Made by a program: the position numbers and the translations under genes. From IMG/VR virus record IMGVR_UViG_2526164596_000013: a stretch of DNA of 50,979 bases. The stretch is one strand, 5' to 3'. Source of the stretch: a virus. Taxonomy: Duplodnaviria; Heunggongvirae; Uroviricota; Caudoviricetes. Positions 21,843 through 31,179 of this stretch are shown here, piece by piece. The notes beneath the pieces were generated by a model. It ran no database searches, was not told where the DNA came from, and worked only from the letters and a program-made list of their open reading frames with translations. The first letter of the stretch is position 1. Each line of letters opens with the position of its first letter.

Positions 21843-23753
21843 TCACTCCTCCGGACAGCTTCGCTGCCAGTTCTTTAAGGGTTGGCCGGGTCGTCTCTTC
21901 TTCCCGGGATTTTGCCAGTACAGCCAGATCAAGCTGCCAGCGTTGCACGGACACACGTAATGCCGCGTAGGCATACACCAGGCAGTCCAGCGCTTCGTTA
22001 CGCCGCTTTTTGTTATCCCACAGCAGACGCATCTTTCCTTTTTCCCACTTCTCCACAAGCTCTTCCGCGACCAGTTGCTGCGCCTCTGTCTGCGAAAAAA
22101 TCTCCGGATCATCAGGAAAACGGATGGCATACGACGTGGCTTCATCCGCAGGCGTGGGCTCGGCTTTCATACGGGCATAGAGAATTTCTTTTGCGGTGTC
22201 CGTCCCCACTTCACACAGATAAACGCCCCGCTGATTGCGGGTTTTCGGCATGGTGATCACCGGCTTGCCATAGACAGACGCGCCTTTTACCGGCAGCACA
22301 CGGAAAACACCGTGTTTTTTGACCTCTGGTAGACGATTTCACCATCGATCCCCCCGGTGTCCCAGCAGACACGGGAAATGGTCATTTCGGTGCCATCCGC
22401 ATGGCGGTATTTTTTGTTGATCGCCGCATCCACACGTAACAGCGTCTCTTCCTCATCGGGACGTCCCATAATGATGATTTTATCCACCAGAAAGGCTTCC
22501 TCTCCCGGAGCCCATCCCCAGACATACATCTCAAAACGGTTTCGCTGCGAGTCAATGCCCGCCGTCAGATAAACCACCCGGGCAGGCACCGCCGCCGTGT
22601 AATGAACAACCTTATCCATCAGTACCTGGTGATCGAGTTTTTCGCCCACGGCCTCTTCCCAGGTCTCGCCCAGCGTGGTGTTCACAAAGGTTTTCAGGCC
22701 GTTGGGATCTTTCAGTGCATCCAGCCAGTCATAGACAATCTGTACCCAGGTGGTGAACGGACTGTACGCCGTCCAGATATGGAATGTGATGGAGCGCGGC
22801 GGCGGAATTTCATTATCCGCGGCGCTGAAAAACGTCAGACCGTCGCGGGTCCACATCCCCGTGTTTTCGCAGATCCACCGCCCGTTGCTCTGGTCAAGCT
22901 CAGACTGATGGATCACGCAGCCATGATGTTCACAGAGGTAGAAAACGCTTTCGGGGCTGTCCTTCTCCCATTTAAGGCCAAAAGGCGTGGACTCATCGCC
23001 AAATTTCAGATACTGCGCCTCCCCACAGTGCGGGCAGGGCACATAAAAACGCATGAAATGCGCCGACTCGTTGGCCGCTTTTTCGATCTGGCAGGAGCCT
23101 TTTATTTTAGGCGTCGAGCCGCGAATGGATTTTGGCCATACCGAGCCCTCAATACGCTTATCCCCCAGCAGGGTTGGCGAGCCCTCTTTTTCGACATCCG
23201 GCTCGAACGAGGAAAGTTCGTCATAGCAGACCACGTCCACGGATTTTTCACGGTAGTTTTTTGCTGCCGCACCACCCAGGCACCAGAAGCCCACCCCCGA
23301 TGAAAAGCGTTTCAGCGTAAGAGTATTGTCACGATGTTTACGACCCAGCCACGGGGAAAGATCTTTCAGGCATGGCACGTCCCGAATCGTCGCCTCCACG
23401 TGAGACTTCATAAAATCTTCAGCGGCAGAATCCGTGGGCTGAAAAAGCAGACTGTTTCGGGATTTATGCTCAATAAAATACCCGGCGACTCCCAGCAACA
23501 TCTTTGTATAGCCAACACGGGCAGATTTAATCAGATTAACAGTGCGGATCTGATCATTCCCCATACTGTTCATGATGGCGATCTGGAACGGCAGCGTTTT
23601 CCATTCGCCGTCACCGTATGAGGATTCTTTCGGCAGATAATAATACTGGTCAGCCCATTCAACTGCCGTCATCGGTACAACCCTGACCAGAGGCTGCAGC
23701 GCAACCGAAACGGCGGCCACCATATTATTCAGTTGTTGCTCTGATATATTCAT
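21826..23753 (-). pseudogene. A: terminase large subunit A, split by a 1-nt shortfall in a homopolymer (T6 at 22315-22320 on plus strand)
   Basis: ORF 22287-23810 matches lambda gpA from MNISEQQ (ATG at 23753) to ...IVYQRSK then goes out of frame; ORF 21826-22299 continues the gpA C-terminus (VKGASVYGKPV...WDNKKRRNEALDCLVYAYAALR); tcaaaaaacacggtg needs one more A to read SKKHGVFRVLPVKG. Confidence 0.8.
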
Positions 23754-24231
23754 CCAGCAAATCCGGTAATTTATCCCCTGCCCGCGCACACTGATTTGCG
23801 CCCTTTGCAATAAGGGTTTTCAGATGGTCAATATGACGTGGCGTTAAATCCGGGAACTGTCGCTGCATGGATAACGGAATGGAATCAAGCGTACTGGACA
23901 ATGCCATCGCCAGTTTGCTGAGGGCGAAAACGCAGAAGTCTGAATCGATGAGCTTACCTTCGGTTACCTGATTTTTAAGTTTTTGAGCTACAGCCTGTTC
24001 TTCTGTCAGTTCAGCTCTGGCCCGAAGCAGCCTTTCCTCCAGTTCTCCCCCGTCATCAGGTGTTCTCTGATTGTGTTGTCGCCGCTCGCGATCTATCTCC
24101 AGTACAGTTTTAACGTCATATAAAACTTCCCTCCCCCGACGTTCAACAGGAGGAACGCCCCATTTATCAAATGCCTGAACAGAGATACCGATGGAGGAGG
24201 CCATATCACTTTTATTCAATAAAAAGGCCAT
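23725..24231 (-). CDS. Nu1: terminase small subunit Nu1
   Basis: product ...MASSIGISVQAFDKWGVPPVERRGREVLYD...FCVFALSKLAMALSSTLDSIPLSMQRQFPDLTPRHIDHLK resembles lambda Nu1; start chosen at ATG 24231 (alternative 24249); 3' end overlaps A start. Confidence 0.75.
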   Translation of the reverse strand: MAFLLNKSDMASSIGISVQAFDKWGVPPVERRGREVLYDVKTVLEIDRERRQHNQRTPDDGGELEERLLRARAELTEEQAVAQKLKNQVTEGKLIDSDFCVFALSKLAMALSSTLDSIPLSMQRQFPDLTPRHIDHLKTLIAKGANQCARAGDKLPDLLDEYIRATTE

Positions 24232-24447
24232 CTCCTCTCCATAAGTCATCGATAAAAAGCGAAACAACAACCATGTGTTTTTGCAAAACCATTTGATATC
24301 ATTGACATTTTTCGCATTGACGACATCAAAACACATCGTAAGGTTGTTGTATTTATTTTATTTTCACCTTACTTATCAATTAGATATACCAAACAATTAA
24401 ACAACAACCACCCCCTCAAAAAATCTCATAAATAGTGAAAACGCGCG

Positions 24448-24459
24448 AGGTCGCCGCCC
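24448..24459 (-). other. cos: cosN cohesive-end site (12-nt GGGCGGCGACCT identical to lambda)
   Basis: rc of 24441-24470 reads GGGGCGGCGACCTCGCGCGTTTTCAC, matching the lambda left-end sequence GGGCGGCGACCTCGCGGGTTTTCGC; lies about 200 bp upstream of Nu1 as cosN/cosB does in lambda. Confidence 0.85.
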
Positions 24460-24665
24460 CGTAACCGGTCGGATCGCCGGAAAGGACCCACGAAATGATA
24501 ATGATTATCATCTATATAAGGTTTATCACAACATGTGTGTACGCCATCAAACCACGAGAAATAATCAATTATGACGCAGGTATCGTATTAATTGATCTGC
24601 GTCAAATTAACGTAAAAGCAACTTCAGATAATACAAATCAGCAACACTGAATATGGGGAAACATT

Positions 24666-24851
24666 ATGTCATCAAAGAACAGAACCCGCAGAACAACAAC
24701 CCGCAACATCCGATTTCCAAACCAGATGATTGAACAAATTAACATCGCTCTTGATCTGAAAGGTTCAGGAAACTTTTCAGCGTGGGTTATTGAAGCCTGC
24801 AGAAGAAGGCTGTCAACAGAGAGTTCGGGTATGAATTACATAATTAAGTAA
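24666..24851 (+). CDS. small ribbon-helix-helix-like protein (hypothetical), moron between Rz and cos
   Basis: 61-aa ORF opposite to the late genes; IRFPNQMIEQINIALDLKGSGNFSAWVIEACRRRL resembles an RHH (Arc/MetJ/CopG-type) fold; weak SD ggggaa. Confidence 0.4.
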   Translation: MSSKNRTRRTTTRNIRFPNQMIEQINIALDLKGSGNFSAWVIEACRRRLSTESSGMNYIIK

Positions 24852-24983
24852 CATGGTGTTCACAGAACACGCAGTTACCGGACACATCAGTTTTCCATTC
24901 GCTCCCCGGCAGTACAGGCTTCCCCTCTGACGGGATAGCCTGAAAAAATAACACAGAAAATTATTTGTTATAATTAATATAAC

Positions 24984-25124
24984 TTACTCAAAAAAAAGCG
25001 ACGAGAAAATCAGCATCAACGAACAATAAGCGCCAATACGTGATAACAAATGGCAGCCATATTTATCTGCAGTATAAGCAATGGACAGGATAACCACACC
25101 AGAAACCGTCAGCATAAAATCCAT
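24984..25124 (-). CDS. hypothetical 46-aa hydrophobic peptide
   Basis: ATG at 25124 preceded by GGGGAAG SD at 7-nt spacing; product MDFMLTVSGVVILSIAYTADKYGCHLLSRIGAYCSLMLIFSSLFFE; below ORF-track size cutoff; no homologue recognised. Confidence 0.3.
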   Translation of the reverse strand: MDFMLTVSGVVILSIAYTADKYGCHLLSRIGAYCSLMLIFSSLFFE

Positions 25125-25474
25125 TTGAACTTCCCCGGACAAAATCGACTCATCTAAAGATTTACAGCTCTTTTTATTATCAATATGTTAAAAGTAAAAT
25201 AAACAGATGTTCAATAACACGAATACAAAAACGTGCTGAAATTCAATGAATCCATTTCTGTGTCATCAATTAATAGTGATAAACATCCGGCTTCTTCCAC
25301 CATCGCACCGGACAGGCGACTATGAGGGGACAACGCCGCGCTCCGTTAACGCGGTAAACCCCGGTGTGTATCGTTTTTGATTATCCCCGCACACTCGCGC
25401 AGAGGAGTCTCCCTGTCGGGCTGCGGTCTCTGTTAATGAGGGAATACAGCGACGATACGGCGCATCAACAAAAC

Positions 25475-25948
25475 TTATTTCAGGCACTGAGTGCGGATAT
25501 AGTCCTGTGCCCCTTCCAGTTGCTTGTGCATCGTCATCAGCCGCTCTCTGAGGGTGAAATAATCCCGTGTAACGGTGTCTGCCAGTTGGGGGCCGGTTGC
25601 ATTATCCACGCCGGAGGTGGTGGGGGCTTCACGCACGGAGCCTGGACAGGTGGCGTTGATCCGCAGGCGCTTACGACCAGCGGCAACATCAGCGCGCAGA
25701 GTTTCATTTTCAGCTCTCGCATCGGATAATTCCCTCGAGTATTTTGCATCGAGCGCAGCAACATCGCGCTGGCGCACCTGCATATCAGTAATGGTTGCGT
25801 TCGCCAGCTTCAGTTCACTGGCTTTGTTATCGCGCTGCGCTTTGTAGGTAATCGCGTTATCACGGTAATGGTCTGTTGCCATCCACAGCGCACCACAGGC
25901 CACCAGCAGAATAACGATAAACGCGGAAAGCATTCGGTTTATGTTCAC
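25475..25948 (-). CDS. Rz: i-spanin Rz
   Basis: 157-aa ORF; [44 protein letters not shown]...[18 protein letters not shown] matches lambda Rz as recalled; N-terminal TM helix. Confidence 0.9.
   Translation of the reverse strand: MNINRMLSAFIVILLVACGALWMATDHYRDNAITYKAQRDNKASELKLANATITDMQVRQRDVAALDAKYSRELSDARAENETLRADVAAGRKRLRINATCPGSVREAPTTSGVDNATGPQLADTVTRDYFTLRERLMTMHKQLEGAQDYIRTQCLK
25537..25722 (-). CDS. Rz1: o-spanin Rz1 (lipoprotein) embedded in Rz in +1 frame
   Basis: [22 protein letters not shown] lipobox followed by [14 protein letters not shown] proline-rich segment as in lambda Rz1; start at 25722 chosen by alignment. Confidence 0.8.
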   Translation of the reverse strand: MRELKMKLCALMLPLVVSACGSTPPVQAPCVKPPPPPAWIMQPAPNWQTPLHGIISPSESG

Positions 25949-26076
25949 CCCAGCAACCCCGACGAAGACAACATCATCCAGGCCATGGAAAGAAAAAGAG
26001 CAACCAGCATTAGTGAAAATGAAATGCCGACAATTACACAGAGGATCTTCGCCAGCGTTATGAGTTTGTCTGACAT
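25945..26076 (-). CDS. hypothetical 43-aa membrane peptide between endolysin and Rz
   Basis: ATG at 26076 preceded by AGGGAGG SD; product [43 protein letters not shown]; stop overlaps Rz start. Confidence 0.4.
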   Translation of the reverse strand: MSDKLITLAKILCVIVGISFSLMLVALFLSMAWMMLSSSGLLG

Positions 26077-26090
26077 GCTTAATCCTCCCT

Positions 26091-26273
26091 TCACGATTTC
26101 AACGCAATGACCAGTTTTGCCAGCCCATACAGCATCGGGGACACAGCAACACCGACCGCTACCCACTTAATGGCAAAAGCCAGTGCTCTGCTGATGTCAT
26201 CAGTTACAGGCGCTTTCAGTTCAAGGCCATTTTTCATAGTCAACCTCAACAGAATTCGTTTATACTTCGCCAT
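26091..26273 (-). CDS. hypothetical 60-aa protein with C-terminal hydrophobic helix
   Basis: ATG at 26273 with AGGGAG-like SD; product [60 protein letters not shown]; start uncertain (ORF extends to 26306). Confidence 0.3.
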   Translation of the reverse strand: MAKYKRILLRLTMKNGLELKAPVTDDISRALAFAIKWVAVGVAVSPMLYGLAKLVIALKS

Positions 26274-26304
26274 GTTCTCCCTTGCCTTACTCAAGGTCAG
26301 AAAC

Positions 26305-26345
26305 ACAAAACCCCGCTTGGTGCCAACAAACGGGGTTTTTACTTT
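26305..26345. terminator. hairpin with flanking T-runs on both strands between endolysin and downstream small ORFs
   Basis: aaaaccccg-(15 nt)-cggggttttt; T-rich on plus after the stem and on minus (ttttgtgttt) after the stem. Confidence 0.4.
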
Positions 26346-26429
26346 TATTCACTTACGTTTCGCCAGTTCGCAGGATTTCGTGTTATCCGCCCGCGTGGCC
26401 ATACCTTATTTTTCAGCAAAATATTCTGC

Positions 26430-26963
26430 TTATCTGTCGATTCCCCAGCACGCCAGCGCGCTCTCCTGGTCACGACGGGATACCTGACCATAACAGTTAT
26501 TTGAGCGGATACGGCAGTCTCTGCCACCGTCCTTAATCCACCAGCGAATCGCCTCACACGCTCCCCTGCGGTCACCAGCATTCAGCCGCTTATAAAACGT
26601 CGACGGGAAACACTTACCGGGGCCAATGTTATAGGGACAGAATGACGCTATACCCGCTTTCTGTGGTTCGGTCAGTGGAACTTTAATATTGCGCTCCACC
26701 CATGCCAGCGCCTTATCCCGTTCAATGGCATTAACCTGGTCGCATTTTTCCTTCGACAGTTTCATGCCCGGAATAACAGGTTTACCATCCACCATTGTGG
26801 CACCGCGGCAGATGGTCCAGATACCCGCACCATCACGGTATGCCGTTGTGTGGTTACCTTCTTTTTCATCCAGAAACTGGTCGAGAATATCAGGCGCAGG
26901 CGCACCGATGGCAATCAACGCCAGAACGGCAGCCGACAGGCCATATTTGATTTTGGTGTTCAT
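26430..26963 (-). CDS. R: SAR endolysin (phage-lysozyme family, phage 21 R-like)
   Basis: 177-aa ORF; N-terminal hydrophobic signal-anchor LSAAVLALIAIGAPAP followed by lysozyme core (EGNHTTAYRDGAGIWTICRGAT...); downstream of a pinholin. Confidence 0.8.
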   Translation of the reverse strand: MNTKIKYGLSAAVLALIAIGAPAPDILDQFLDEKEGNHTTAYRDGAGIWTICRGATMVDGKPVIPGMKLSKEKCDQVNAIERDKALAWVERNIKVPLTEPQKAGIASFCPYNIGPGKCFPSTFYKRLNAGDRRGACEAIRWWIKDGGRDCRIRSNNCYGQVSRRDQESALACWGIDR

Positions 26964-27091
26964 GGATATTTATCAGGATTTATCGGTTCCGAATCCCTGG
27001 ATATGTTAAATCTTCAGCCCGCCAGAGGTAGGACACTGGCGTTTTTCCTGATGGCTGAAATATATCTGACAATTTCAGTAGAGGATTAACC

Positions 27092-27406
27092 ATGCATAAC
27101 GATCAACATAATTATGATTTATGCCTGCAAGCCATAAATGAGCGGGTAAAATCAGAGTGCCTCTTACTCCTCCCACAAGAACACGATGCAGTAAAATCCA
27201 TTCAGGCTGAGCCGTATGGACATCTCACACCTGTGACTCTCGGCATTATCGCCAGAGCATTAACACAGCCCATGCTTATGCGTATTAAGACCAATATAAA
27301 TAACTGGTTGAATGAAGAATTAAGCTACCTTGATTGTGAGTGGGACAATCATTACGCAAAAACACAAAAAGAACGCATCTTCAGTCGATTATCCAGCAAC
27401 AGATAA
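27092..27406 (+). CDS. hypothetical protein (104 aa), oriented against the late operon
   Basis: ATG 27092 preceded by GAGGA SD at 7 nt; no recognised domain; convergent with 27416-28222. Confidence 0.45.
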   Translation: MHNDQHNYDLCLQAINERVKSECLLLLPQEHDAVKSIQAEPYGHLTPVTLGIIARALTQPMLMRIKTNINNWLNEELSYLDCEWDNHYAKTQKERIFSRLSSNR

Positions 27407-27415
27407 CGAGCCACC

Positions 27416-28222
27416 TTATATACGCCCTTTCAGATAAGTCATCCCCGGCTGCATCCAGTCAACAGGTGCTTTCTTAAAGGGCGTATTATCAAAATCACGC
27501 AGAAGAGCCTCCAGCACAACTGCATCATTGTCAGCACCACTGGCCATCATTTCAATCTCAGCTGCTACCTGCAGATATCCCATGCAACGACCAATGCGCT
27601 TCATCAGCCCCTGCTTTTTATTGTTCTTCAGGTAATCAATGGCAAATTCAATGAGCGCCTCACTATGCTGGTGCGATGGCGGTGTTAATTTCCCATTTTC
27701 TGAGATGGTTATTTTCCCGCCATCTCCGTATACAACAAAGGATGGCCGGTTACACTCCCATTCCTGATCTTTATCAGGTGCAGACGCAATAAAATAACGT
27801 TTATTTCCTTCCTCTCCGGCACTTTTAACCGTAATGGAGTACTCAGACTGCAGACAAGACGCCTCTTTTTCTGACCGCAGTGTTGACGGCGGCATCTTCA
27901 GAGAACCAGTAATTCTTCCCGGTAGCTTTCCTTTGTAGGTTATCAACACATCCTGCGCCTCTAAAATTATGGGGCGCTTTTCCGGCAACGGTTCGTTCCC
28001 TTCACATAACCCGGCAGCAACATCCATGAAAAACTGCTTCGCCTGCTTTTTCGCCTCAGCTTCGTAAAACTCCAGCGTGGCACCTTCAGTACGGTCAAGA
28101 CTAATCGCCACATCTGGCAACAACAGTGACGGATACCCACCAATTTCCAGTGCCACAGTAACAGTAATCTTATCCGGATAATTATTTATCCCTTTAACAC
28201 CCAGTTCGTATTTTTTCTTCAT
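27416..28222 (-). CDS. hypothetical protein (268 aa) inserted between holin and endolysin
   Basis: ATG 28222 lies 4 nt after the holin stop with GGGGGGAG SD inside the holin 3' end; no recognised domain. Confidence 0.55.
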   Translation of the reverse strand: MKKKYELGVKGINNYPDKITVTVALEIGGYPSLLLPDVAISLDRTEGATLEFYEAEAKKQAKQFFMDVAAGLCEGNEPLPEKRPIILEAQDVLITYKGKLPGRITGSLKMPPSTLRSEKEASCLQSEYSITVKSAGEEGNKRYFIASAPDKDQEWECNRPSFVVYGDGGKITISENGKLTPPSHQHSEALIEFAIDYLKNNKKQGLMKRIGRCMGYLQVAAEIEMMASGADNDAVVLEALLRDFDNTPFKKAPVDWMQPGMTYLKGRI

Positions 28223-28226
28223 CGCT

Positions 28227-28442
28227 TTACTCCCCCCGCGCCGCCTTACGACGGTCCTCTCTGATTTTGAAATACAGGTTAGTCAGATATGTCAGCAGCC
28301 CAAACAGCAGACTCCCCAGCACGCCTATTGCCGCCCACTGAGACGGGGAAACCCTGTCCAGCAACTGCAGGAACCAGTAGCCCGTTCCCACCGCTGACGT
28401 GGTGTATGACACACCTGTTGTGATTTTTTCCATCTGGTACAT
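28227..28442 (-). CDS. S: pinholin (phage 21 S21-like) with dual-start MYQM motif
   Basis: [71 protein letters not shown] closely resembles S21 (two TM domains, Met1/Met4 dual start, charged C-terminus); ORF extends upstream to 28547. Confidence 0.85.
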   Translation of the reverse strand: MYQMEKITTGVSYTTSAVGTGYWFLQLLDRVSPSQWAAIGVLGSLLFGLLTYLTNLYFKIREDRRKAARGE

Positions 28443-28591
28443 ACCCCGTCTCCCGTTATCCGGAAGCTGACAACAATAAAAAAGCCACCAGTTAACTACT
28501 GATGGCTCTGATAACTCATGCAGGCGTCTCAGACGATCCACTGACACTACCGGTGAGTTTAACGATACCTTCCATTTGACTGGCTCACTTT

Positions 28592-30445
28592 TTATGATGA
28601 TGCCGGTGCATTTATCTCCAGCACCAGACTTTCTATCTCAACGCCATACGTTGCATTTTTGGTAATATCCGTCAGCGTCAGTGCATTTAGTCCCACTGCC
28701 AGACTGTCTTTTATGGCCTGGAATGCCGGGCCAGCCACTCCATTCAGTTTCGGAGTAACCGTGGCACTGCCGGCGGTGAACACCAGTTCCAGCGTTTGCC
28801 AGTCATTACTGTAATTCCCGAACTCGCCCAACTTTGTGTTTCCTGCTTTCTTGTGATGCATCAGATTCAGTTTGCCGTCTGTGGTCTGGGTGAAGAACGA
28901 CATCAGGAACGGGTTACCAGTCCCGGTCATCGCCACGACGTCAGGTAACGCTACATCGGTATACAGATAAATTCCCAGGCCGAACTGGTTGTTGGTCAGT
29001 GCGCCTGACAGTCGAAACTTACAGCTCAGTCTGCCACCCCGTGTCAGCAGGGAGACTGCGTCATCCACCGGGCGCGTCAGGGACCAGGCTTTATTGCTCT
29101 GCTTGGTGATCTTAAATACACCCTCTGACAACTGAATTCCGCCATTCTTAATGCTCCAGCCCTGCGCAGCAGCGTCTCCGGCTGTCGGCAACAGGGAGAT
29201 TGTGCGTACGGATGCATCTTCAGACGGCCCCGATGGCGTGTCGCCGCCGGGCGAGGGTTTGATTTCCGGTGCCTTACCACTGATGAAGGCTGAGGTGCGC
29301 CCGGCTGCGTTCAGAATAGCGGTTGCCATACGATCCGGAATAATGCTCCTGCGCGCCCATGAACTGAAATGTGTCGGGCGGTTTGATGATACCTGGTTTC
29401 CATTCGTTCTCGATGCCGCACCGTAATATCCTGATGCCGGAATATCCGGATCTTCTGCCGGTGCGTTAGTGGCGGTATTGACGCCGTTACCGTCTGTCAT
29501 GAAGGGCACAAAATAAACGCCCTCACTCTCCCTGTTTTTATACCCGCCGTACACGGTGTCGTACTGGGTAGCGTATGTATTTTTCCAGTAATACGTCGTG
29601 TCACCACAAATCCACGGCACATTTACAGCACTGCCACCATGACACTGCGCGTTAAACACAGTGAGGTCAGCACGAAACTGCTTCAGCATGGCTGTAAACA
29701 GCGCAGGTTGCTGTGCGTAGGTGGCGGCGTTCATGTCAAACTCTCCCTGCATCCAGCACACCGCCAGCAACACATTTTTCGGGTTCTTCTGTAATGCAGC
29801 TTTAGTGCGCGCAATCAGGTCCTGATATAACGGTTTACCCACACCCCAGCGTGCCGAATCCTGGCTGGCCCCCGCGTCCGCACTGAATGTCCCCTCCGCG
29901 CCCTTGGTGAATGCCGAACCACCACGACAGCATGGTACCAGCAGGATCCCCGCGTTATTCGGGATATACGGGAGCAGTTTTTTGGCAATATGTAAGCCCT
30001 GGCCGACACAGCCGTACTGCCCTTTGCTCAGGTCTGCCTTCGGATGATTCAGCGTACTCATATCCTGCACATCATGCAGACAGTGGTCAGCCGGGATGAT
30101 GTCGTTATACGTACAACTCTCTCCACCCGGAGTTACCGTGCTGCGGCGCGCCAGCTGTTTAATGCGCGGATCCGGAGCATCGTAAGAATCCGGTAACGGA
30201 AGCCCTTCACCGTAGGCCATGCCGTTGGACTGTCCGGCAAGCACAACCACGTAGAACCAGTCCGGCTCAGATGAAGGGCCGACCTGTGGATCTCCTTCAA
30301 TAGCCACCGCCTGCATCAGTGTGTACGGCGTAATGGCAACCGGTCCGCCATATGGCTGCCAGCCCTCTTTCAGTTTGTGTGTCAGCTTTTCCGCAAGGTC
30401 TGACGGCGACGCCGCCCTGACAACATCATAGTGTTTAAATGCCAT
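28592..30445 (-). CDS. NanS-p-like sialate O-acetylesterase (N-terminal DUF1737-like region + SASA esterase), Stx-phage-type moron
   Basis: 617-aa ORF starting [38 protein letters not shown]..., GGSAF/GQSN-type esterase motifs; same position (between tRNA cluster and S) as the large esterase ORF of Stx phages; GGGAGGA SD. Confidence 0.7.
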   Translation of the reverse strand: MAFKHYDVVRAASPSDLAEKLTHKLKEGWQPYGGPVAITPYTLMQAVAIEGDPQVGPSSEPDWFYVVVLAGQSNGMAYGEGLPLPDSYDAPDPRIKQLARRSTVTPGGESCTYNDIIPADHCLHDVQDMSTLNHPKADLSKGQYGCVGQGLHIAKKLLPYIPNNAGILLVPCCRGGSAFTKGAEGTFSADAGASQDSARWGVGKPLYQDLIARTKAALQKNPKNVLLAVCWMQGEFDMNAATYAQQPALFTAMLKQFRADLTVFNAQCHGGSAVNVPWICGDTTYYWKNTYATQYDTVYGGYKNRESEGVYFVPFMTDGNGVNTATNAPAEDPDIPASGYYGAASRTNGNQVSSNRPTHFSSWARRSIIPDRMATAILNAAGRTSAFISGKAPEIKPSPGGDTPSGPSEDASVRTISLLPTAGDAAAQGWSIKNGGIQLSEGVFKITKQSNKAWSLTRPVDDAVSLLTRGGRLSCKFRLSGALTNNQFGLGIYLYTDVALPDVVAMTGTGNPFLMSFFTQTTDGKLNLMHHKKAGNTKLGEFGNYSNDWQTLELVFTAGSATVTPKLNGVAGPAFQAIKDSLAVGLNALTLTDITKNATYGVEIESLVLEINAPASS

Positions 30446-30892
30446 GAATCCTCCCGGCCGGGATAATATTGTGAGTAAAATGAGGAGCGGGCTGAAGTCC
30501 GGAAGTTACAGGACAATGGCAGAAGAGAGACAATAGCCCGCAATACGAAAAAGGCCGCGCTATTGCGCAGAGTGATTACTGTCGGATATTATTCGCCAGC
30601 TGAAATATTACTTCACGTTTTGTTGTTTATTCCTTGCCGCCCGCGTCTCCCTGCGCGGGATTTTTTTGTCCATAAGAAAGCCCCTCCGGAGAGGGCTGGA
30701 GAGTGGCGCTATGTGCCATTGCATGGTGCCGGGTGCCTCCCGGTGAATTCAGTACCAGCACCTGAATCCGCGATTATCCCATATACCTACTCGCTGATTG
30801 CCCCTCCGCACAGGGGGATTCACCATGCCAGTTTCTTTTAACAAACTCCCCGCAAAACAGACAACTGTCAACCGTCTGAATTGTGAGACATT

Positions 30893-30920
30893 TAAAAAAA
30901 AGGCCCGCAAAAGCGAGCCA
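30893..30920 (-). terminator. rho-independent terminator immediately 3' of tRNA-Arg(UCU)
   Basis: minus strand hairpin ggctcgc-tttt-gcgggcc followed by TTTTTTTT. Confidence 0.5.
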
Positions 30921-30933
30921 GGGAAAATAAGTG

Positions 30934-31010
30934 TGGCGCGTTGTACTGGATTCGAACCAGTGACCGATTGCTTAGAAGGCAATTGCTCTGTCCGGCTGAG
31001 CTAACAACGC
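30934..31010 (-). tRNA. argO: tRNA-Arg (anticodon UCU)
   Basis: rc gives GCGTTGTTAGCTCAGCCGGACAGAGCAATTGCCTTCTAAGCAATCGGTCACTGGTTCGAATCCAGTACAACGCGCCA; cloverleaf with 7-bp acceptor, anticodon loop CTTCTAA, encoded CCA. Confidence 0.85.
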
Positions 31011-31023
31011 AGGGTACAGATAA

Positions 31024-31100
31024 TGGACCGCCATCGAGGACTCGAACCCCGCGCAACCAGCTTCGAAGGCTGGCGCTCTATCCTGATGAGCTAATGGCGG
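31024..31100 (-). tRNA. argN: tRNA-Arg (anticodon UCG)
   Basis: rc gives CCGCCATTAGCTCATCAGGATAGAGCGCCAGCCTTCGAAGCTGGTTGCGCGGGGTTCGAGTCCTCGATGGCGGTCCA; anticodon loop CTTCGAA; acceptor stem CCGCCAT/ATGGCGG; encoded CCA. Confidence 0.75.
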
Positions 31101-31107
31101 TATGTGA

Positions 31108-31179
31108 TGGTGGCCCTTGCTGGATTTGAACCAGCGACCTGGCGATTATGAGTCGCTCTCACCACTGAGCTAAAGGGCC
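31108..31179 (-). tRNA. ileZ: tRNA-like gene with CAU anticodon (Ile2/Met-type), atypically short
   Basis: rc gives GGCCCTTTAGCTCAGTGGTGAGAGCGACTCATAATCGCCAGGTCGCTGGTTCAAATCCAGCAAGGGCCACCA (72 nt); good acceptor and T arms, loop CTCATAA, but the anticodon stem 5' side appears about 4 nt short. Confidence 0.55.

Noticed and set aside
21826-23810. Possibility that the terminase gene frameshift is a programmed ribosomal frameshift
   Set aside because: gpA is not known to require frameshifting, the required shift is +1 at a simple A6 run without a slippery heptamer or downstream structure, and two other genes show the same one-base homopolymer shortfall
25364-25729. 121-aa plus-strand ORF
   Set aside because: Antisense to the well-supported Rz/Rz1 genes
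30446-30933. Search for stxA/stxB between the tRNA cluster and the esterase gene
   Set aside because: The interval is only about 490 bp and contains no ORF of suitable size; the only track ORF (30563-30841, plus strand) lacks an RBS and has implausible composition
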